A stretch of DNA of 64,000 nt, from assembly GCF_000143415.4 (NCBI RefSeq), contig NW_003314289.1, positions 919,886 to 983,885 of the forward strand, in the 5' to 3' direction. Below are positions 35,754 through 46,675 of this stretch, piece by piece. The translations under genes and the position numbers were made by a program. Origin of the DNA: Selaginella moellendorffii (lineage: Eukaryota; Plantae; Lycopodiophyta). Below the pieces are notes generated by a model. It made no database searches. It was not told the origin of the DNA and worked only from the letters and a program-made list of their open reading frames with translations. Within the stretch, counting starts at the first letter, position 1; each line of letters starts with the position of its first letter.

Positions 35754-37452
35754 TTATTGTTGTTGTTTCTTAGCCAGGATGGCCACCACCTTTTCATGGA
35801 AATCATTGTCATTCCATTCATCTCTATAGATACCTGGATTGAGCTTCTTCTTATCTAGTGTGCTTAGACAGAGCTCCTTCCTCCAAGGCTCAAAGCCATG
35901 GCAAGTTCCTCCACACTGCTTTGCTATCCATTCAGCATAGTCGAACTGAAACACCAGGCATTAGAAACTAGAAGAGATCGTTGGATACGAAAAACACTAG
36001 AAAAAATAATTAAAAAAAAAAAACAAACCGTCTCGAGATATAGATGGTTAGTGTATCGTTTTGGAACACCCTGAGCTTCGAGAGTTCTGTAAAAGTCCAC
36101 AACTTCGTTTGCCATCTCTCCTTTCGATGGTAAACTCGCTCGTCCCTTGAGCACGGCAGCAATCCATTTAGCTTGTAGCTCGCTCAAAGGAAAAGCGATA
36201 GTCTGGAAAGGACGACAACTTAGATGGAAGAGCTCGAAGAAACAAACAATGAAAACCTTGCAAGGAAGGCCAACAAACGAGAGAGATGGAGCCAATGCAG
36301 GAGGAAAGACATGCTTAAACAAGGGCCCAACGCGATTGTCTTCCACTTTAATGTAGCTTTTGGTGTCCAAGAATGAAAAGTTATATAAGTAACTACAAAA
36401 GCACATTATATGAAACGAAAAAGAGAAGGAGAATTCGTAAATTACCCAGTGCAATGCAAAATAACATCCACAACAGCTGACATTCCATCCATAAAATGCA
36501 ATCGTCCGTCTTCGTCAGCTCTTGATATCTAAAAGAAAAAACGTTAGAGAAATACGAGATAAAAAAAACGAAACTTTGAGCTTACCATCAAGTGTCTTTG
36601 GATCTTCCCTTGTTGAAGTGGCTCTGATAAAGAATTCCATGACTTGGCACACCAGTGAACTTTCTTGCAAGCAGCAGCAATGTCGCTGCACAAATCTTCG
36701 CCGCTTGGACCATTTCCAATGACTGCTACCACCTTGTGAAACAATGAAACTGAGGGAGAGCTTTCCAGGTTTGAAAAATCACTAGTTTGATCATCCAAAC
36801 CTGGTCTTTGAAAGGATCTGGAGTGCGATAGGTATGACTGTGGTAATGCTTTCCAGGCCACCTCTCAATCCCTGTAGAAACAAAGAGTTCTTCGTTCTAT
36901 CTATGAAAGTTCTTAGATGCTTTGAGAAGACTTACCAGGAATTTGAGCGACCCTTGGCTGGAAATAATGACCATTACAAACCACGACCGCGTCAAACACC
37001 TCCTCACTCTCTTTTTCTTCCTTTCCAGCGCTGCTCGAGCTCTTGACGATCCAATTGCTCTCCACCAATCCAACATACTTGACTTTGGAGTTAAATCTCA
37101 CGTAGCCATGGAGCCCGAACTCCACCGCGAAGCTCTCGCGGTAATCCAAGACTTCCTCGTGGCCGGGGAATCTCCTCGCATCCCTGGACGAGCGGCGCGG
37201 CACGAAAGGATAATCCAAGAAGCCCATGACCTCCCGCGGCAAATTCGTGCGCAGGGATTCATACATGCTGCTGTGGCATGAATAATTGCGGGCCGCATTT
37301 GATGATCCAGAGTGATTCTCTTCATACACCCATGTACCTCCGATTCGCCGCGCTTGCTCGAAGATCACGACGCTGTGGCCCTCTCGCAGGAGCTCCCGAG
37401 CGGCTACGAGACCCGACGCGCCAGCGCCAATCACTGCTACTCTCTTCTCCAT
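35754..37452 (-). CDS. Flavin-containing monooxygenase, FMO GS-OX-like clade, copy 1 (multi-exon)
   Basis: VAVIGAGASGL, SLRTNLPREVMGF, DAVVVCNGHY, WPGKHYHSHTYRTPDPF, VIGNGPSG, HCTGY, VEDNRVGPLFKHVFPP. Confidence 0.92.
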
Positions 37453-37909
37453 GGTTCTCGCGATTAGGGCATCTTCTTTGATTAGTCCAGTCAGTGACAA
37501 AGAATTAAGCATTAATTTATTGGTAATATTATTTTGTGTTAATAATAATAAAATTTAAACTTAAAGATATGAAAATTCTCTCCTTCTTGGAATGGAAGAT
37601 GAACACTAAAATTAATATATATTAAGTGGGAATAGGAAACAAGAATAATTTTCTTATGTTAGTATTGGGATTTCAAGCATTTCCCAAGTAGCTTCCATAC
37701 AAAAACTTTCTAAGAATCATGACCAAGTTGAGAGCTCTTCAAGTAGAACTCAAACTCTTTCATCTCATTGCAAGCAAGATTTCATTCTCCCTCAGGTATC
37801 CCCAGCCTTCCTTCTGATACAAGAAGTTCTGCTGTGACTTATTGAGGCATTCTTCCTCGAGTTGAGAGCAACTTTTAGGGTAAACTGGGTTTCACAGTAT
37901 CTATAGTGG

Positions 37910-37954
37910 TACAAAAATTGTTTCAACTTTGTAGAAGTTGAAACAATTTTTGTA
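37910..37954. repeat. Perfect 20-bp inverted repeat with 5-nt loop
   Basis: TACAAAAATTGTTTCAACTT-TGTAG-AAGTTGAAACAATTTTTGTA. Confidence 0.95.
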
Positions 37955-39152
37955 TCACAAGAGGTATTGTAGGAATGAAAGCACTTGTTGCAAACACAAG
38001 CTCGAGCTCAAACTATGCATCTGCTACAAAGTAGACGGTCAACAATTGCTGCAATAAGTCCAGACGAGTAGCTCACAACATACCATCGTGCTTCTCACAG
38101 GCACGCCAAACTCCATCATAGAGAACAACATATGCAATTGAAGAGCTGGACGAATGGAACTGTTATACTCAAACCGGTATTAGTGAGAAAAGACACCATG
38201 TCTCACCTGTAAATAGCAGCTGTTTTGAAATCTCACAAGTGGCTACTGAAACTGTGACAAATTTATCAACTAAAATGAAATAAGTGTCAATATGAAATTA
38301 CTAGTGGATGCTTACACTTCTACGAGATCATATCTAGAGAAGCACACACAAGGAGAGCATGTCAGCCAACTTCACTAATTTGTTTCAAATTCATAGCTTC
38401 CATTCCAGAAGCTGTTTCAATCAAAAACTAAACATAAAACACTTATAGAAGAATGGAAAGAACTTTACCAACAATTGCTTCGTGCATATGGCTGCTGATG
38501 TGAGAAAATACTTCCATATTTTCGTTGTGAACAGCCACAAACAACTATTTTGTGCCCGTTTCAGAATATAGACAGGAAGTAGAATAAAAGAGAAGTAGAG
38601 TTCTCTTACAAGAAACTTAGGGAGTATTTTTCCAGACGTCTAATTCTTCCCTTGTTGTAACCTTCACCATCCAAGACCAAAAACAGTGATGTCTCTAGAC
38701 AGGAAATGTTAATGCAACAAACCTCTGCCAATGGAGAAGTTGAAAATTGTTTGCTAGTCTAGTAGCTACCAGTCAATTTCCTTTCTTGTATGGAGACATA
38801 CTAGGTATTCTGCAAGATTACTGGAACTTTGCTGCTGTTTAGGGTTCTTTGGATGGCAATCTTCACCTTGACATGCGCAACTCTCGAGATCGTCTGGCAG
38901 CAATTGCATTCTTAGATTGCATTCTTAGATGCTGTTTGTTGCCGCTTGAAACTGCGTTGTGGATTGTGCATCCACAAGGCTTCAATCCAAAAGGCTGATA
39001 GATAACCTTTGATTTCATTTGTTCAAAACGCTGCTGTGAAATTTAAACAAAGTGCAGTAGCAACACACTGAATCCATGCCAAACGATGGCATCAGAATCA
39101 CCGTCAAGTTCTAATCATCAATCAGCCCTAATCTGGGAGACTAGGGCATGAG

Positions 39153-39875
39153 TTGGACGACGGCGACGCTCATGCAAGTGCCAGGCCAGAGCGCGGGCCT
39201 CGGGACGACGATGGAATGGATAGCAGGCCTCTTGGGCTTCCAAAGCGCTGGCTTAGCAGCAGGGATGACCATGGAATGGATGACTCTAGCTTGTGCAGGC
39301 GACGCTCGGGCAAGCGCAGGCTTGACGATGGAATGGATGCCTCTAGCTCCCGCAGGCCACGCTCGGGCGACAGGCCGCGCTCCAGGAGCCCCAAACGCAG
39401 GCGCAGCAGCAGGAGCGGCGCCTCCCCAAGGCGTCCATGCACGGAGGAGAAGGAGAAGCTCCACCCCAGCGGCCTTGACGAGGTGGTGGCTATGAAGTAT
39501 GGCTTCTTTCCAGTTCATAACAGGGACACTCCTCGGGACGAGGATGGGAAGAAGAGCGACGTCTTCTTGTGCAACAAGGCTGCCTACCAGGTGTTCAATG
39601 ATGCTCATCTCCGAGGAACGGAGCTGGGCGCCTGGGTGGCCAAGCATCTCCGCCTCGGTGCCTTGTTCGTGCACCACAACTACGACCAGGTACCGGGCTG
39701 GAGGGTGATCACACTGTTTGGGCGACACAAGGCAATGCTGCCAACCCGAGGCAAGAAGGTGATTTTCTGTTAAGAAGTTTTCTACTTGATGGATAGTATT
39801 GATTCTTTTTCTTTGTCCTCGCAGGTTATTCCGGAATGGCTCAAGCTCCATGGCCAGCAGGATGATGCAGAATGA
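39153..39875 (+). CDS. Unknown protein with Arg/Ser/Asp-rich repetitive N-terminus; possibly 5'-truncated
   Basis: GC-rich 206-codon open frame; plausible GT-AG intron 39759-39824 and terminal exon VIPEWLKLHGQQDDAE*; no recognised domain. Confidence 0.5.
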
Positions 39876-39975
39876 TTATTCATTAAAATGTGGTTACAGA
39901 AATAAAAGTCCCCCCCCCACATTGGCTGGATCCGACAGCCCAAAAACCTTAGCAACTCTTCCCTATTATTATAAA

Positions 39976-40003
39976 CTAGTATTTGCCCAGCCAATGCTGG
40001 GTA
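39976..40003 (-). mobile_element. Helitron 3' terminus (same family as the one at 20939-20964)
   Basis: Minus strand CCCAGCATTGGCTGGG-CAAATA-CTAG|T versus CCCAGCATTTGCTGGG-CAAGTA-CTTG|T. Confidence 0.8.
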
Positions 40004-40123
40004 GTTGGCAAAGCCTCTCAAACTCACCAATACCTTTGTGACAGAACTTGCTAACTGTTGTTTTATGTTCATTGCAAAGAAAAAGAAAAAGACATTATTG
40101 TTATTATTACATCATTGTTATTG

Positions 40124-41809
40124 TTATTGTTTCTTAACCAGGATGGCTACCACCTTTTCATGCAAATCATTGTCACTCCATTCATCTCTATAGCTATCTG
40201 GATTGAGCTTCCTGTTATCCCGTGTGCTTAGAAAGAGCTCCTTCCTCCAAGGCTCAAAGCCATGGCAAGTTCCTCCACACTGCTTTGCTAGCCATTCAGC
40301 ATAGTCGAACTAGATGGAAACAGTAGGCATTAGAAACTAAAAGAGATAAAAACTAAAGAAGAGAGAAAAAGAAAACAAACCATCTCGAGATCTAGCCGGT
40401 GTGTGTGTCGATTTGGAACTCTCTGAGCTTCGAGAGTTCTGTAAAAGCCCACAACTTCGTTCGCCATCTCTCCTTTCGGTGGTAAACTAGCTCGTCCTTT
40501 GAGCACGGCAGCAATCCATTTAGCTTGTAGCTCGCTCAAAGGAAAAGGGATAGCCTGGAAAGGACGACAACTTAGATGGAAGAGCTCGAAGAAATAAACG
40601 ATGAAAACCTTCCAAGGCAGGCCAATAAACGAGAGAGATGGAGCCAACGCAGGAGGAAAGACATGCTTAAACAAAGGTCCAACGCGATTGTCTTCCACTT
40701 TAACGTAGTTTTTGGTATCCAAGAATGAGAAGTCATATAAGTAACTGCAAAAGCACATTATGTGAAACGAAAAAGAGAAGGAGAACTCGGAAATTACCCA
40801 GTGCAATGCAAGATAGCATCCACAACAGCTGATGTTCCATCCATAAAATGCAATCGTCCATCTTTGTCAGCTTTTGATATCTGAGAGTAGAAACTTTAGA
40901 GAGAAGACGAAAACAACGCAACTTTGATCTTACCATCAAGTGTCTTTGGATCTTCCCTTGTTGAAGTGACTCTACCGGAGAATTCCATAACTTGGCACAC
41001 CAGTGAACTTGCTTGCAAGCAGCAGCAATGTCGCTGCACAAATCTTCGCCGCTTGGACCATTTCCAATCACTGCTACCACCTTGTGAAACAATGAAACTG
41101 ATGGAGAGCTTTCCAGGTTTGAAAAATCACTAGTTTGATCATCCAAACCTGGTCTTTGAAAAGATCTGGAGTGCGATAGGTATGACTGTGGTATTGTTTT
41201 CCAGGCCACCTCTCAATCCCTGTAGAAACAAAGAGTTCTTCGTTCTATCTATGAAGTTCTGATGCTTTGAGAAAACTTACCAGGAATTTGAGCGACCCTT
41301 GGCTGGAAATAATGGCCATTACAAACCACGACCGCGTCAAACAGGTCCTCACTCTCTTTTTCTTCCTTTCCAACGCTGCTCAAGCTCTTGACGATCCAAT
41401 TGCTCTCCATCAATCCAACATACTTGACTTTGGAGTTAAATCTCACGTAGCCATGGAGCCCAAACTCCACCGTAAAGCTCTCGAGGTAATCCAAGACTTC
41501 CTCGTGGCCGGGGAATCTCCTCGCATCCCTGGACGAGCGGCGCGGCACGAAAGGATAATCCAAGAAGCCCATGACCTCCCGCGGCAAATTCGTGCGCAGC
41601 GATTGATAGATGCTGCTGTGGCATGAATGATTGCGGGCCACATTTGATGCTCTAGAGTGAGACTCTTGCGGTGGAGGATCATACACCCATGTACCTCCGA
41701 TTCGCCGGGCTTGCTCGAAGATCACGACGCTGTGGCCCTCTCGCAGGAGCTCCCGAGCGGCTACAAGACCCGACGCGCCAGCGCCAATCACTGCTACTCT
41801 CTTCTCCAT
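40124..41809 (-). CDS. Flavin-containing monooxygenase, FMO GS-OX-like clade, copy 2
   Basis: Tandem paralog of copy 1 with the same exon structure and motifs. Confidence 0.92.
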
Positions 41810-41894
41810 GGTTCTCGCGATTAGGGCACCTACTTTGATTATTCCAGTCAGTGGTCAAAGTAGATTATGGAATATACTAACAATACCAGATTTG

Positions 41895-42640
41895 CCATAT
41901 GTAAATGTAAGAAGAGCTAGCAGCGAGCTGTGAGTTTTATCTATATTCCAATGTCATAAAGCTATTTCAGTATCAAGATTTGATATCCTTTTTTTTAAGT
42001 TCTCTCTATAATATCAAGGAAAATTCGCTTACTAAACTCTGTTTAACTTAGTGTCCTACTGCGGCACGAAGAGCTAGCCAATACTCCCGCAAGTTTTTAG
42101 AGAAGTCTTGAATGACACTTCCAAGGGTCATGGTAAACTTGCCAACCAGAGAAGTTCTCGTTATCAACGGGGCTCAACAAGGTACCGCCGGAATGGAGAT
42201 GCGCGAGAAACCCAGCTTTAACATTACTCTTGTACTCAATTTCGTCATCTAAGTTTACCACTCTAGCTTCCGCAAGCATCCCACGCAGGGTAATTTACGA
42301 GTTCTCTTTTTCTTTTTCGTTTCATATAATGTGCTTTTGCATCCTTGGACACGGAAGACAATCACGTTGGACCTTTGTTTAAGCATGTATTTCGTCCTGC
42401 GTTGGCTCCATCTCTCGTTTGTTGGCCTGCCTTAGAAGGTTTTCATCATTTATTTTCTTTGAGATCTTGCATCTAAGTTGTCGTCCTTTCCAAACTATTC
42501 CTTTTCCTTAACTTATACAGAACTCTAAACGCAAGGAACAATAACATTTTCTTTTTGCAATGAACATCAAACAACAGTTTAAACATATCTATAGGACAGA
42601 TGGCACACTTAGAAGATGTTTAATTTTTATTTCCAGCATA
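41895..42640 (+). pseudogene. Mosaic of D27-like (about 41900-41970), glyoxal oxidase (about 42110-42287) and FMO (about 42288-42635) fragments
   Basis: Matches to the intact neighbours; the GLOX and FMO pieces are inverted relative to their sources. Confidence 0.8.
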
Positions 42641-42755
42641 GTTATATGTTTTAAGATCATTGGCCCAACTAGGAACCCTGGACCTCAAGGAGAAGAGCCT
42701 TGTCTCTAACCAACAGGTTTACAAATGCTTGATATTTGTTCACTCAATATTGAAA

Positions 42756-43670
42756 ATGTTTTTGCTGCCTTGCATCTTGATCTATTATACTGTTTTCCCT
42801 ATGGCATTAGTAATAGCTCCTGGTAAAGAAATGATCTTTGTATTTAAAGGAACCTCTGGAGCACTTACTCGAGGAGATATTGATCGTGTATTCTTTCATC
42901 TACGTATGTCTCCTATTTTTGAGTTGTATGAGTCAGAAACAACACCTGTAAAAACAGTAATCAAGAACAGCATTACAGAAGAGGGCAGCGATCGTGTAAT
43001 TGATATCTATTTTTACATTTTCTCAGCATCCACAGATTGTAGTCGGCCTAATGAGAATGGAAGAGTGAACAATACCAAAGTTATTAAAGTGATAGATAGA
43101 GTGGCAAAACTAGTTTTACCCCAAGCACTATCTACACGTGCATCTTATCATTTTATATTTATTGCAGACCCAGAAGTTGGAGTCTTTGGTTTAGCATATG
43201 TTGTAAGAGGATACCACTCACGTCCAATGGCCCCATCTAATGAAAATATAATAGCTAAAGGGTCTTATTTTTCTTGCAATCCAGAGGACTTTACACTTTT
43301 CAGTGGATACAAAAATATGATTCTAGCAACCCGGTGGCCTGGTCAATTGCTAGTAATTTTCTTGAAATCAATTGTTTTTATAATGCAAGAAGACTGTAAT
43401 GCTGTATTATATTTTGGTAAAATATCAATATGGGACTCAAAAACATATGGGATGAGTTTTGATTGTGTTTTTAGGATGCAAGAGGATGGAAATTTAGTTC
43501 TTTATTCAGCATTTGATAGTGAATCATTATGGTCAACTGGTAATTATTGCAAGCCCCAACCAAATTGTGTTGCACTCTCAGAATTGGCACTTGAACAAGA
43601 CTGTAATTTGGTTGTTTATAAATATGGGAAACCAAATGTTCAATCTTGGGCAAGCAAAACCAAATGCTAA
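42756..43670 (+). CDS. Chimeric secreted protein: unrecognised N-terminal domain + C-terminal bulb-type (GNA) lectin domain
   Basis: Hydrophobic N-terminus; QEDCNAVLY, QEDGNLVLY and EQDCNLVVY motifs; 304-codon uninterrupted frame. Confidence 0.8.
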   Translation: MFLLPCILIYYTVFPMALVIAPGKEMIFVFKGTSGALTRGDIDRVFFHLRMSPIFELYESETTPVKTVIKNSITEEGSDRVIDIYFYIFSASTDCSRPNENGRVNNTKVIKVIDRVAKLVLPQALSTRASYHFIFIADPEVGVFGLAYVVRGYHSRPMAPSNENIIAKGSYFSCNPEDFTLFSGYKNMILATRWPGQLLVIFLKSIVFIMQEDCNAVLYFGKISIWDSKTYGMSFDCVFRMQEDGNLVLYSAFDSESLWSTGNYCKPQPNCVALSELALEQDCNLVVYKYGKPNVQSWASKTKC

Positions 43671-43956
43671 GCTTACTATGGTTATTATTATTATTATTTA
43701 TGTTTGATTATAATTTTTTTTTAAAAAAGATATAATATCCAAAGGAATGTCGTGAAATAGATGCAGTAAAGTCAATGCCACTACCCTTTATATTGATTTA
43801 GATTAATTTTTGTATGTTTCACAAAGTGTTTTAAACCTTTTGTTTTAGTGTCACTATTATTCCTAGTAGATTCCGTCCGCCACTAGGAAACCTCCAAAGT
43901 CTTTTGTGTGGAATCCCTTGTATAATTCATGTGAAAGAATATAAATCGCCTATAAA

Positions 43957-45570
43957 CTAGAGCATTTGTATCCATTTCCCTATGCTGGGGACTCCACTAT
44001 TGACAACGAAAAGCATGTAATACCCCGGAGGGGCTATTGTTTTTGTAGGAGGCGCTCGTACTACGAACGTATAGTATCCAGAATTCTCATCAAGTACTGG
44101 CGTGCTTGATTCCAGCTTGAGCAGCCTCTGATTCATGGAATAAGCGTGTGTCGCAAAGGCTGGAGCATACAAAGTAGCTTCCGTGTCGCCCAATACCGAG
44201 ACCGAGAACTCGATCGTGATCTGAGAGTTGTATCCAATCACCACCTTAGACATGGAACTTATCTCAGCTCTCACACCATCGAAATACGAGTCCAAGTATG
44301 GAGGGCTGAAAGCTTCGATCCTCAGCTCTGTGGGGAACAAAACTTCGCTAAAGTCATAGCCAACGTTTGGATTGCTCCCGGCCACGAGAACTCTGGTATC
44401 CGGTAGCAAAATCGCTGTGGAGTGGTACATGCGTGGGATACTTGCGGAAGCTAGAGTGGTGAACTTGGACGACGAAGTTGAGGAAGGAGAATACAAGAGT
44501 GGTGTCAAAGCTGGGTTTCTCGCGAACCTCCATCCGGCGGTGCCTTGTTGAGCCCCGTTGATAATGAGAACTTCTCCGGTTGGTAAGTTTAACATGTCGC
44601 CCATGACCCTTGGAAGTGGCATCTCTTCCAATATCCAACTTGGGTTATTGTCCGTCACCACCATTCTCCCACAAGTTTTTAGAGCAGTCTCGAACGACCC
44701 CGATGATGCTTGCTTATAAGCCGTCTTTGAAGCTCCACCACAGATCAGCACCTCCACGCGCTGGAATCTCTGCGAGGCGAGCAGCGGGAGCATGACCGAG
44801 GATCCCGACGCTGGATAGTTCCTCGCGCCGCCTGGTAGACTCGGGTAGGACCGGACGACCTTGTTGTTCTTATAGTCGAGAAGAATCGACTCGGAGTTTG
44901 CAAAGACGAACATGTTCCCGTCCGGGAGGAGGTGCAAGAAGGGATAGAGATTGTTCTCGGATCGCCCATCGCTGGTCGAGCGAAGAAACGGAAGGCTGTA
45001 GAGGTGACCATCTCCAGGGACGAATTCATAGCTGAATGCCACTCGACCACCGACGACTATAACGCGATTATCCGGAAGAATCTGGTTCGAGGCGTACCAT
45101 CGAGGCCTCTGGAGGCCTCCGGGCTGCTCGGTCCAGTCGCAATCCTCGCAAAAGTTGTAGTGGCGGACGACTCTAGCGCCATCGTTCCATCCCCCTGTTT
45201 GAGTGAACGTACCATCGGCTCGAAAGGCCCCCGAGGAGCACCAGGTATCTGTAAGAACTTCCAGGGGACGAATGTTGCGAGTGGGAATTTGGAGCTCCAC
45301 CGAGTGAGCCCAGCAATCGATCTTGAGCGCGAGATCCGAGGAATCGTTCCGGCATCGTCCGTGCGGGAGCCTTATCGCCGAGGGTCCGTAGTCCGTCCTG
45401 TCGAATATGAGAACTTTGTTGGTGTGTGAGACGAGCATATGCATGGCTGATACACCGGAGTTTTCGACGAGCAATTCCCAGAACCCAGGAGGAGAAGCTC
45501 CGGAGCCATGCCTGAAAGCTCCAGAAACCCACAATGCTAGCACTAGTGTTGTGATCACCCGGAGTTCCAT
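43957..45570 (-). CDS. GLOX: Glyoxal oxidase / galactose oxidase-like copper radical oxidase
   Basis: Signal peptide; GVSAMH, DTWCSSG, RWYASNQILPD, RNYPASGSS, PRMYHS, FATHAYSMNQRL, APPGYYMLFVV; intronless. Confidence 0.95.
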   Translation of the reverse strand: MELRVITTLVLALWVSGAFRHGSGASPPGFWELLVENSGVSAMHMLVSHTNKVLIFDRTDYGPSAIRLPHGRCRNDSSDLALKIDCWAHSVELQIPTRNIRPLEVLTDTWCSSGAFRADGTFTQTGGWNDGARVVRHYNFCEDCDWTEQPGGLQRPRWYASNQILPDNRVIVVGGRVAFSYEFVPGDGHLYSLPFLRSTSDGRSENNLYPFLHLLPDGNMFVFANSESILLDYKNNKVVRSYPSLPGGARNYPASGSSVMLPLLASQRFQRVEVLICGGASKTAYKQASSGSFETALKTCGRMVVTDNNPSWILEEMPLPRVMGDMLNLPTGEVLIINGAQQGTAGWRFARNPALTPLLYSPSSTSSSKFTTLASASIPRMYHSTAILLPDTRVLVAGSNPNVGYDFSEVLFPTELRIEAFSPPYLDSYFDGVRAEISSMSKVVIGYNSQITIEFSVSVLGDTEATLYAPAFATHAYSMNQRLLKLESSTPVLDENSGYYTFVVRAPPTKTIAPPGYYMLFVVNSGVPSIGKWIQML

Positions 45571-46264
45571 GATGGATGATAACTCTATGCAAATGGATGG
45601 ATGCGAAAGAACTAGATTGATCGATCGAGCTGGAAAGTGATCCTAGAGTTCCAGTAAGATGATAGATCTCTATCATTCAGTGCACCAACGCTTTGACGGA
45701 GTGCAAGCAATCACTCGGACTGTGACACGGAAGCCGAATGCCACCAAAGAAAAGACGATGTTATCGGGTATTATTCCAAGAGCGTTGCGACGTATGTACG
45801 CATGTCAGGAAGGCAGCCGCTTTGTCGTTCTACAGTCTTTTCTATTTTAATTCCATTACCATTTTTCTGTTTTTCTGTATATTTTTATAAAGTCAGGAAC
45901 ACTGCATCATTCTAACGGTGGTTGTGAATTATAATATTATATAGTCCCAGACAAAAACAACGACCGGCTTCCCAAAAGTTCTATTGTTATAGTGGCCATT
46001 TTGATCCTTTCGTTGCACTGCAAACGGTGAGAATGGGACCGAGGTGAATTAAAACATCATTGTCAAAGGTCCACACCACCTTCAACGTAATTAGTAGCAC
46101 AAACTCAAACACACAGAAAAAACAAAACGAAACATGGCTAGTTGCGACAAATATGATGGAATCAAATTCATTCTTCAAACGAAACAGTTAAAAAACAGAT
46201 ACACATTTATTCACTCTGAAAACTAGATATGTTCAGTTTAAATCTAGATTAATACATACAAATA

Positions 46265-46590
46265 CTTGCCAATCTTGTTTTGCCCCAAGCTCAATCTACA
46301 CGGGACATCTTATCATTTTATATTTATCACAGACCATATGTTCTTGAGCTCCAAATAGATATCTTACAATGGCAGTCATCTTGCTTTAAAAGAGCATTTG
46401 GTTTGAAGTACCAAAGACTCCAACTTCTGGGGATAAGTTTTGATTAGGAGGATGGGCTTTATGGAGCATTTGATATTAAATCGTTATGGTCAGAAATTGC
46501 AAGCCCCAACCAGATTGTGTTACACTTTCAGAATTTACACTCAAACAAACCTGGTATATGAATATGGATAGCCAAATCTTCATATTACAA
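46265..46590 (+). pseudogene. Decayed remnant of the chimeric lectin gene
   Basis: Matches 43110-43170 and 43480-43640 (for example GCAAGCCCCAACCA.ATTGTGTT). Confidence 0.7.
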
Positions 46591-46675
46591 TATTGCCACA
46601 TCAACCGGGTTATAACATGTCATAGCAGTGTGACTTGTGGTATCACGGTCTTGCTCACGTTTCTAAAGCAAGAAA

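Noticed and set aside
44146-45676. Several alternative-frame ORFs over GLOX (similar ones over PPR, chitinase and GP210)
   Set aside because: Expected shadows of GC-rich coding sequence.
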